From assembly GCA_031459615.1 (NCBI GenBank), contig JAVKIE010000001.1, positions 66,300 to 130,299 on the forward strand: a stretch of DNA of 64,000 nucleotides, read 5' to 3'. The DNA comes from Candidatus Calidihabitans tengchongensis (GTDB taxonomy: Bacteria > Sysuimicrobiota > Sysuimicrobiia > Sysuimicrobiales > Kaftiobacteriaceae). A model generated the notes under the pieces. It was not told where the DNA came from and ran no database searches. It saw only the letters and a program-made list of their open reading frames with translations. The position numbers and the translations under genes were made by a program. Positions 57,163 to 64,000 of this stretch are shown piece by piece; positions within the stretch are counted from its first letter, which is position 1, and the number at the start of each line of letters is the position of its first letter.

Positions 57163-59856
57163 ATGGCGCGGGAAGAACGGTGGCCGTGGCAGGTTGTCGC
57201 CGACACGTTCCTGGAGTACTTCCGGGAGCGGGGGCACACCATTGTGCCCAGTTCCTCGCTGGTGCCTGCCGGCGATCCCACGCTGCTGTTCACCAACGCC
57301 GGCATGGTGCAGTTCAAGGATGTCTTTTTGGGGCGGGAGCAGCGCTCCTACCGCCGCGCGGCATCCCTGCAGAAATGCATGCGGGTGCAGGGCAAGCACA
57401 ACGACCTGGACAACGTGGGCCCCAGCCCCCGCCATCACACGTTCTTCTTCATGCTGGGCAACTTCAGCTTCGGGGACTACTTCAAGCGCGAGGCGGTGGC
57501 CTACGCCTGGGACCTGCTGACCGGGCGCTACGGCCTGGACCCCGACCGCCTGGTGGTCACCGTCCACCACGCCGATCGGGAGGCCGCCGAGGCCTGGCGG
57601 GAGGTGGGCGTGCCGTCGGAGCGGGTGGTGGCCATGGGCGACGCCACCAACTTCTGGATGATGGCCGAGACCGGCCCCTGCGGGCCCACCTCGGAACTGC
57701 ATTACGACTGGGGGCCGGAGCACTGCACCTGCGGCCGCGCCGACTGCAGCGTGGCGCTGGACAACGGGTGCCTGCGGTGGCTGGAGGTGTGGAACCTGGT
57801 GTTCATGCAGTACGAGCAGCGGCCTGACGGGACCCGCGTTCCCCTGCCGCGCCCCGGGGTGGACACCGGGATGGGGCTGGAGCGGATCACGTCGGTCCTG
57901 CAGGGGGTGAACGACGATTACGCCACCGACCTGTTCACCCCTCTCCTGGACCGCCTGCAGGTTCTGCTGGGGCACGATGCCGCCGGCCGCCACGCCCATC
58001 GGGTGGCGTACCGGGTGCTGGCAGACCACGGGCGGGCCATGGCGTTCCTGATGGCCGACGGGGTTGTGCCGGGCAACGAGGGGCGCGGCTATGTGCTGCG
58101 GATGATCATGCGGCGGGCGATGCGCTTTGCCCGCGCCGCGGGCGTCAGCCACCCCCTGCTGGCGGACCTGGCCGATGCGGTGGTGGACCTGATGGGAGAG
58201 CGCTATCCGGAACTGGCCTCCCAGCGGGAGTTCATCCGGACCGTCGCCCGCCAGGAGGAGGAACGCTTCGCCCAGACCCTGGCGGCGGGCCTGCAGAAGC
58301 TGGACGAGCTGGTGGCGGCCACCCTGGCCCGGGGGCATCGGGTCCTGGCCGGCGAGGACGTCTTCCGGCTGTACGACACCTACGGCTTCCCCCTGGAGAT
58401 GACCCGGGACGTGGCCCGCGAGCGCGGGCTGACCGTGGACGAGTCCGGATTCGCCCGGGCCCTGGAGGCCCAGCGGGAGCGCGCCCGGGCCGCCCAGGCG
58501 TTCGGGCTGCGGCCCGACGAGCGCCGGTACGCGGCCCTGGCGGAGGCGGGAGTGACCAGCGAGTTCATCGGCTACCGGCGCCTGCGGGCGCGCGCCCGGG
58601 TCCTGGCCGTGCTGGTGCCGGACGGGCAGGTGCAGGAGGCGCGCGAAGGCGCCGAGGTGGAGGTGGTGCTGGACCGCACGCCGTTCTATCCCGAAGGCGG
58701 CGGTCAGGTGGGCGATACGGGCGTCCTGGCGGGCCGCGACGGCGAGGTGGAGGTGACGGACACCCAGCGGCCGCTGCCCGGGCTGATCGTCCACCGCGGC
58801 CGCGTGGTGCGCGGGCGGATCCGGGCCGGGCAGAGCGTGCGGGCGGCCGTGGACCAGGCACGGCGATGGGACATCATGCGCAACCACACGGCGACCCACC
58901 TGCTCCACCGGGCCCTGCGGGAGGTCCTGGGCGAGCACGCCCGCCAGGCCGGGTCCCTGGTGGCCCCCGACCGGCTGCGGTTCGACTTCGTGCACACCGC
59001 CCCGCTGACCGCGGCCCAGCGGGCGGCGGTCGAAGAGCGGGTCAACGAGCAGATCCTGGCCGACCTGCCGGTGCGCGCCCGCTGGATGTCTCTGGAGGAC
59101 GCCCTGCGCCTGGGCGCCGTGGCCCTGTTCGGCGAGAAGTACGGCGACCGGGTGCGGGTGGTCAGCATCGCCGACTACAGCCGCGAACTGTGCGGCGGCA
59201 CCCACCTGTCGCGCACCTCCCAGGCGGGGCTGTTCAAGGTCACGGCCGAGAGCGGGGTCGCCGCCGGCATCCGGCGGGTGGAGGCCGTGACCGGGCGCGG
59301 AGTGCTGGCGCTCCTGCGCCAGCAGGAGGCCACCCTGCGGGCGCTGTCCGAACGCCTGCGGGCGGGCCCCGAGGAGCTGGTGGAGCGGGTCGCACGGCTG
59401 CTGGAGAGGGAGCGGGATCTGGAGCGGGAGCTGCGCACGGCCCGCGCCCGCGCCTCTGCCGTGGAGGCCGTGCCGGCGGTGGTCCTGGACGGCACCACCG
59501 TCGTCGTGGCCGACACCGATCTGGAGGAGCCGGCGGACCTGCGCGCGGAAGCCGACCGGTTGCGGGCGCGGCTGGACCAGCAGCGCGTGGCGGGCGTCGT
59601 GGTGGTCGCCTCCTCCCGCAGCGGGGCCGTGGTGGCGACCCGCACCACCGCGGTGACGCCGCCCGTGGACGCCGGCCGTCTGGTCCGGCTGCTGGTGGAG
59701 CGGTTCGGCGGGCGCGGGGGCGGCCGACCGACCCTGGGCCAGGGGGGCCTGCGGGACCGGGCCCTGGTCGGCGAGATGGTCCGGGCCAGCCGCGATCCCG
59801 CGTTTCTGCGGACTCTGCTGGAGCAGGCGCGGGAGGAGGCGGCGGGGTCGGGATGA
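57163..59856 (+). CDS. alaS: alanyl-tRNA synthetase
   Basis: Class II motifs, editing domain HxxxH/CxxxH (HTATHLLH) and a C-terminal DHHA1 domain. GGGGGAGGG RBS. Confidence 0.95.
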   Translation: MAREERWPWQVVADTFLEYFRERGHTIVPSSSLVPAGDPTLLFTNAGMVQFKDVFLGREQRSYRRAASLQKCMRVQGKHNDLDNVGPSPRHHTFFFMLGNFSFGDYFKREAVAYAWDLLTGRYGLDPDRLVVTVHHADREAAEAWREVGVPSERVVAMGDATNFWMMAETGPCGPTSELHYDWGPEHCTCGRADCSVALDNGCLRWLEVWNLVFMQYEQRPDGTRVPLPRPGVDTGMGLERITSVLQGVNDDYATDLFTPLLDRLQVLLGHDAAGRHAHRVAYRVLADHGRAMAFLMADGVVPGNEGRGYVLRMIMRRAMRFARAAGVSHPLLADLADAVVDLMGERYPELASQREFIRTVARQEEERFAQTLAAGLQKLDELVAATLARGHRVLAGEDVFRLYDTYGFPLEMTRDVARERGLTVDESGFARALEAQRERARAAQAFGLRPDERRYAALAEAGVTSEFIGYRRLRARARVLAVLVPDGQVQEAREGAEVEVVLDRTPFYPEGGGQVGDTGVLAGRDGEVEVTDTQRPLPGLIVHRGRVVRGRIRAGQSVRAAVDQARRWDIMRNHTATHLLHRALREVLGEHARQAGSLVAPDRLRFDFVHTAPLTAAQRAAVEERVNEQILADLPVRARWMSLEDALRLGAVALFGEKYGDRVRVVSIADYSRELCGGTHLSRTSQAGLFKVTAESGVAAGIRRVEAVTGRGVLALLRQQEATLRALSERLRAGPEELVERVARLLERERDLERELRTARARASAVEAVPAVVLDGTTVVVADTDLEEPADLRAEADRLRARLDQQRVAGVVVVASSRSGAVVATRTTAVTPPVDAGRLVRLLVERFGGRGGGRPTLGQGGLRDRALVGEMVRASRDPAFLRTLLEQAREEAAGSG

Positions 59857-60263
59857 GGGTTCTGGCGCTGGATGTGGGCGCGCGGCGCATCGGGCTGGCG
59901 ATCTCGTCGCCCGACGGGACCCTGGCCCAGCCCGCAGGCGTGGTCGAGCGCCGCTCCTGGCCCCAGGTGGTGGAGGCGCTGCGCGAGCGGATCCGACGCT
60001 ACGGGGTGGAGCGGGTGGTGGTGGGCCTGCCTCGCCGCCTGGACGGGACCGAGGCCACCGCGGCGGAGGTGGCCCGGCGGTTTGCCCGCCGGCTGCAGGA
60101 GGCCCTGGGGGTGCCGGTGGACCTGGCCGACGAGTGGCTGACGACGGTGGAGGCCGAGCGACTGCTGGTGGCCGCCGACCTCAGCCGCCGCCGGCGGCGC
60201 CAGACGCGCGATGCGGTGGCGGCGGCGCTGATCCTGCAGACCTACCTCGACCGGCGGCGTTGA
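59853..60263 (+). CDS. ruvX: Holliday junction resolvase-like YqgF/RuvX
   Basis: MRVLALDVGARRIGLAIS... RNase H-like fold. ATGA overlap with alaS. Confidence 0.85.
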   Translation: MRVLALDVGARRIGLAISSPDGTLAQPAGVVERRSWPQVVEALRERIRRYGVERVVVGLPRRLDGTEATAAEVARRFARRLQEALGVPVDLADEWLTTVEAERLLVAADLSRRRRRQTRDAVAAALILQTYLDRRR

Positions 60264-60358
60264 CACCCCCCCGGCGCGGTGTTACGCTCTCACCGTCGTG
60301 GCGGGAATTCTCCGGATGGGCCGGCCGGCGGGCCGGCCCTCCGGCGCGAGGTGCGGTC

Positions 60359-60661
60359 GTGGCCGACCGGGGAGAAGTCATCACGTTGCTGGACGAGCAG
60401 GGCCAGGCTCACGACTTCAGCCTGGTGGACGTGATCGAGGTGGACCGGCACCGCTACGCCATCCTCCAGCCGCTGTCGGGCGAAGGCGTCTCCGAGGACG
60501 ACCCTGCGGTGGTGTTCCGGGTGGAGGGGGAGACGCTGGTGGCGGTGGAGGACGAGGAAGAGTTCCGCAAGGTCGCCGACGCCATCGAGGCCGAGGCGGG
60601 CTACGACGATGTGGAGGTCGTGGGCGAGGACTCCTCCTCCGACGACGACGCCGTCAACTGA
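60359..60661 (+). CDS. DUF1292 (YrzB-like) acidic small protein
   Basis: ITLLDEQGQAHDFSLVDVIEVDRHRYAILQP followed by an acidic tail. Conserved position between ruvX and mltG. Confidence 0.55.
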   Translation: MADRGEVITLLDEQGQAHDFSLVDVIEVDRHRYAILQPLSGEGVSEDDPAVVFRVEGETLVAVEDEEEFRKVADAIEAEAGYDDVEVVGEDSSSDDDAVN

Positions 60662-60685
60662 CCTCCGCGCGGTGCCGGCTGGCCG

Positions 60686-61690
60686 ATGACGTCAGCGCGG
60701 CGCACTGCGGTGCTGGCAGGAGCCGTTCTCGCGGCGGGAGCGGCGGCGGTGGCATCCGCCGCCACCGCGGTGCGTCCCGCCAACCCCTCCGGATCCCCCC
60801 AGGTGGTGCTGGTGCCCCCGGGCGCGCCGGCCGCGGAGATCGGAAGGCGGCTGGAATCCGAGGGCATCATCCGCCGCGCGTCCGACTTCGTGTGGGTGGT
60901 GCGCCTGCGCCGGCTGGAGGGGCGGCTGCAGGGCGGGGAGTACCGGCTGTCTCCGGCCATGGGTCTGCTGGAGGTGGTGGATGTCCTGGCCCGGGGCCAG
61001 GTCCTCCTCCACGAGGTCACGGTGCCCGAGGGCTACACGGCACTGGATGTCGCCCGGCTCCTGGCCGACGCCGGCCTGGGCGACCGCCGGCGGCTGGAGG
61101 CGCTGGTCCGGGGTGGCGCGGCGCGCCTGCCCCACGCCTTTCTCCGCGGCGTGCCCACCGGCTCTCTGGAAGGGTACCTGTTTCCCGACACCTACCGCCT
61201 GCCCCGGGGCTGGCCCGAGGAGCGGGTGGTGGGCGTCCTGCTGGACCGGTTTGCCGACGTGGTCCTTCCCCTGTGGCGGCAGGAGGGAGGAGGCCGGTCC
61301 CTGCATGAGATCGTCACGATGGCGTCCCTGGTGGAACGGGAGGCCCGGCGGGACGACGAGCGGGCGCTGATCGCGGGCGTCCTGTACAACCGCCTGCGCC
61401 GCGGCATGCGCCTGGAGGTGGACGCGACGGTCCTGTATGCGTTGGGCCGGCACAAGGCGGTGGTGACCTACCGCGACCTGGACGTGGACTCCCCGTACAA
61501 CACCTACCGCCGGGCGGGCCTGCCTCCCGGCCCCATCGCCAACCCGGGTCTGGCGTCCATCCGGGCGGCCCTGCGGCCGGCGGCCACCGACTACCTGTAC
61601 TACGTGGCCCGGCCCGACGGCTCCCACGTCTTCAGCCGCACCTACCGCGAGCACCTGGCCGCCATCCGGAGGCACCGGTCGGGCCAGTGA
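60686..61690 (+). CDS. mltG: endolytic murein transglycosylase MltG (YceG-like)
   Basis: N-terminal TM, then the YceG domain with conserved EGYLFPDTY and catalytic Glu. Confidence 0.85.
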   Translation: MTSARRTAVLAGAVLAAGAAAVASAATAVRPANPSGSPQVVLVPPGAPAAEIGRRLESEGIIRRASDFVWVVRLRRLEGRLQGGEYRLSPAMGLLEVVDVLARGQVLLHEVTVPEGYTALDVARLLADAGLGDRRRLEALVRGGAARLPHAFLRGVPTGSLEGYLFPDTYRLPRGWPEERVVGVLLDRFADVVLPLWRQEGGGRSLHEIVTMASLVEREARRDDERALIAGVLYNRLRRGMRLEVDATVLYALGRHKAVVTYRDLDVDSPYNTYRRAGLPPGPIANPGLASIRAALRPAATDYLYYVARPDGSHVFSRTYREHLAAIRRHRSGQ

Positions 61691-62274
61691 TCACGGCGTG
61701 GTTGCGGGCGGCGCGCGGCCGCATGTTGCCCCTGACCCGGTGGGTCACCCCGAGCCGGACCGCGGCGTCGGTCCTCGACCTGTCCCCCCAGGACCTGCGC
61801 GCGGGCGGGGTGCGGGGGCTGATCCTGGACCTGGACAACACCGTGGTGCCCTGGGGGTCGGCCGCTCCCTCTGCCGACGTGGTGCGGTGGGTGTCGGCGG
61901 TGCGGGCGGCGGGCCTGGCGGTGTGCATCGTCTCCAACAGCTTCACCTCCCGCGCCCGGCGGGTGGGGGAGATCCTGGGCGTTCCGGTGGTGTCCTGGGC
62001 CGCCAAACCGGCGCCGTGGGCCTTCCGGCGCGCCCTGCGGGTCCTGGGGACCGCCCCCGCCCAGACGGCGCTGGTGGGCGATCAGCTGTTCACCGACATC
62101 CTGGGCGGCAACCTGCTGGGCCTGCGCACGATCCTGGTGGAGCCGCTGTCGCCCCGGGAGTTTGTCACCACCCGGTGGGTCCGCCGCCTGGAGGCCGCGG
62201 TGCGCCGGATGGTGGGCGGCGGGCCGGGCGGTGGCACGGCAGGGGACTCTCACCAGCAGCCCGGGGATGACTAA
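61687..62274 (+). CDS. HAD-superfamily subfamily IIIA phosphatase (YqeG-like)
   Basis: LILDLDNTVV (DxDxT) and a GDQLFTDILGG second motif. GTGA overlap with mltG. Confidence 0.7.
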   Translation: MITAWLRAARGRMLPLTRWVTPSRTAASVLDLSPQDLRAGGVRGLILDLDNTVVPWGSAAPSADVVRWVSAVRAAGLAVCIVSNSFTSRARRVGEILGVPVVSWAAKPAPWAFRRALRVLGTAPAQTALVGDQLFTDILGGNLLGLRTILVEPLSPREFVTTRWVRRLEAAVRRMVGGGPGGGTAGDSHQQPGDD

Positions 62275-62304
62275 CGCCGAGCAGCCCACGGGCATAGCGA
62301 ACGT

Positions 62305-63228
62305 GTGAGCGCCCAACAGAAGCGGTATGCGGCGGTCATCGTGGCCACCGTGGGGGTGCTGGTGGCGGCGGCCGCCGCCGCGGTGGCAGGCGACGCGCTG
62401 ACAGCTGCCAGACAGGCGCACCTGGCCGGCCGCCACGCCCAGGCGGTGGCCCTTCTGCGGGCGTATCTGCAGGCCCACCCCGCCGACGCGTCCGCCTGGG
62501 TGTGGCTGGGCGCGTCCTACTACCAGCTGGGGGCCGCCCCCCAGGCCGTGGCATCCTTCCGGCAGGCCCTGGCCCTGCGTCCCTCCCCCGAGGTCGCCCT
62601 GTGGCTGGGAGCCGCCTTGGTGAAGGCGGGCCGGGATGACGAGGCGCGCGCCGCCTTCCGGAGGGCCGCCCGCAGCCCCCACCCGCAGACCTCCACCCTG
62701 GCCTGGCAGTGGCTGCGGGCCCAGGAGGCCGACCACATGGCCGTGCTGGCCCACCCGCCGTCTGTGGACGCCTACGCCCGCGTGGTGCGCTGGTACAACC
62801 CCGTCCTGTCCGCATCCCAGGTGGATGCCATCGTCCGCAGCGTCCTGTACTACAGTGACCGCTATGCCGTCGACCCCCGCCTGGTGGTGGCCCTGATCGC
62901 CGTGGAGTCCGGGTTCCACATCGGCGCCCGCTCGCCGGCCGGAGCGGTCGGTCTGGGACAGCTGATGCCCCAGACCTGGCAGAGCCTGGGGGTGAACCCC
63001 CTGGACCCGGTGGGCAACATCTACGGGACGGTGCGGTGGCTGCGGGCCCAGCTGGACCGCTTCGGGGGCAACGTCTCCCTGGCCCTGGCGGCCTACAACG
63101 CCGGCCACGGCGCCGTGACCCGGTACAACGGGATCCCGCCCTACCGGGAAACCCAGTGGTACGTGCTCAACGTCCTGCGCCTGTACACCCACCTGGCCGG
63201 AGGCGTCCGGCAGGCCTCCTCCCGCTGA
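62305..63228 (+). CDS. lytic transglycosylase (SLT domain) with N-terminal TPR-like repeats and signal anchor
   Basis: The SLT catalytic motif has three parts: AVESGF (the E-S motif), GLGQLMP and AYNAG. Confidence 0.8.
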   Translation: MSAQQKRYAAVIVATVGVLVAAAAAAVAGDALTAARQAHLAGRHAQAVALLRAYLQAHPADASAWVWLGASYYQLGAAPQAVASFRQALALRPSPEVALWLGAALVKAGRDDEARAAFRRAARSPHPQTSTLAWQWLRAQEADHMAVLAHPPSVDAYARVVRWYNPVLSASQVDAIVRSVLYYSDRYAVDPRLVVALIAVESGFHIGARSPAGAVGLGQLMPQTWQSLGVNPLDPVGNIYGTVRWLRAQLDRFGGNVSLALAAYNAGHGAVTRYNGIPPYRETQWYVLNVLRLYTHLAGGVRQASSR

Positions 63229-63364
63229 GCGGCTTCCGGACGGCGTGCGCGGCCCGGCCGCGCTTCTCTGGGACTGGCACCAAACTTGCTCACATCTTCT
63301 CCGGAGGCATCCGGCGCCTGCCCTGCGCGGCGGCGACGGCGGGACCGGCGGGACGGTAGCCCCT

Positions 63365-63392
63365 TGCAATTTGGGGGTGAGTTTGTTAGAAT
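63365..63392 (+). promoter_or_regulatory. sigma-A-type promoter TTGCAA-16-TAGAAT (TG-extended)
   Basis: TTGCAA at 63365-63370 and TGTTAGAAT at 63384-63392. It drives a leader of about 210 nt before the sigma factor gene. Confidence 0.55.
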
Positions 63393-63401
63393 CCGGCCAG
63401 T

Positions 63402-63500
63402 CCTCGCGATAAAGGCAAACCCAGGGTGACCTGGGGGCGCAAAGCTACGGGACCTGCCGGTGGCGATGGCCGGAAGGTCAGCCGGGCTGCCGAACGAGGC
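63402..63500 (+). promoter_or_regulatory. candidate c-di-GMP-I (GEMM) riboswitch aptamer
   Basis: AAAGGCAAACC, then the CCCAGG-GTGA-CCTGGG hairpin (GNRA tetraloop), then GGCGCAAAGCTACGGG. These reproduce the two hallmark GEMM blocks (GGCAAACC ... GACGCAAAGCYACGGG) with a P2 GNRA hairpin between them. A P1-like pairing CCTCG/CGAGG closes the element. Downstream CCCTCCT could sequester the GGAGGAGG RBS. Confidence 0.5.
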
Positions 63501-63602
63501 GATTGTTTTTCCCTCCTGCGGCAGTCCTCCGGTCCCGTCTCAGCGCTGCGCCTCCGATTCCGCGGGCATCGGCGATGTCCGGCGGGTGACAGGAGGAGGC
63601 TG

Positions 63603-64000
63603 CTATGGGACGCAGGGGCACGCTGCATGCGGCGCGGGAGACCCCGCCCGACGACTTCCTGGCCTGGTTCCGCGCGTATCGTTCGTCACGATCCCCCGAC
63701 CTGCACGAGAAACTGACCACCCACTTCATGCCGCTGGTCCACCAGGTGGCCCGCCGGTACGCCCGCTCGGGCATCCCCCTGGACGACCTGCATCAGATCG
63801 GGTACATCGGCCTGATGAACGCGGTCACCAACTTCGACCCCGACCGGCGGGTCAAGTTCGAGACCTACGCCCGCCACCTGATCGCCGGCGAGATCCGCCA
63901 CTACCTGCGCGACCAGGGGACGACGGTCCGCCGGCCGCGCTGGCTGTACGAGATGGACCACCGGGTCAACCGGGCGGTGACCAGCCTCACCCAGCGCATC
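63603..64000 (+). CDS. group-3 sigma-70 family sigma factor (SigB/F/G/FliA-like), 5' partial in window
   Basis: Region 2.1-2.4: DDLHQIGYIGLMNAVTNFDPDRRVKFETYARHLIAGEIRHYLRD. ATG 63603 after GGAGGAGG. The gene continues past the window end. Confidence 0.8.

Overview
This is a high-GC (about 70%) bacterial chromosomal segment, densely coding, with many 4-nt start/stop overlaps (ATGA/GTGA) that indicate translational coupling. Most of it is conserved housekeeping with a Firmicutes-like gene order: radC-mreBCD-mrdA-rodA-rng, rplU-rpmA-obg-nadD-rsfS, tRNA-Ala, ilvE-leuS, a T-box followed by alaS-ruvX-DUF1292-mltG, rpsU-yqeY, tatAC, an ECF sigma/anti-sigma/MucB-like triple, comEA, a pdaD-speE-speB polyamine operon and a Liv-type ABC transporter with acyl-CoA ligases. 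Several Bacillus/Clostridium hallmarks are missing: no Prp/ysxB and no N-terminal extension on L27, no yqeK, and System I ccm is present. That is compatible with a deep-branching high-GC thermophile (Symbiobacterium/Thermaerobacter/Limnochordia-like), but this placement is inference only. The most interesting part is a respiratory island at about 4.6-17 kb. It contains a fully coupled System I cytochrome c maturation operon (ccmABCDEFGH) next to an atypical Rieske/cytochrome b module. That module comprises a diheme cytochrome c lipoprotein, a Rieske protein, a cytochrome b paralog that retains only the two heme bL histidines (no bH ligands), a second canonical cytochrome b fused to a 2x[4Fe-4S] ferredoxin domain, an MvhD/FlpD-like [2Fe-2S] protein, small TM peptides and a cupredoxin. 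Other noteworthy signals are a probable c-di-GMP-I (GEMM) riboswitch in the leader of a group-3 sigma factor gene at the window end, a GT2/LmbE-deacetylase/BshC-like gene trio, and two small repeat families in intergenic regions. Many long open reading frames on the opposite strand are GC-bias artefacts and were not called.
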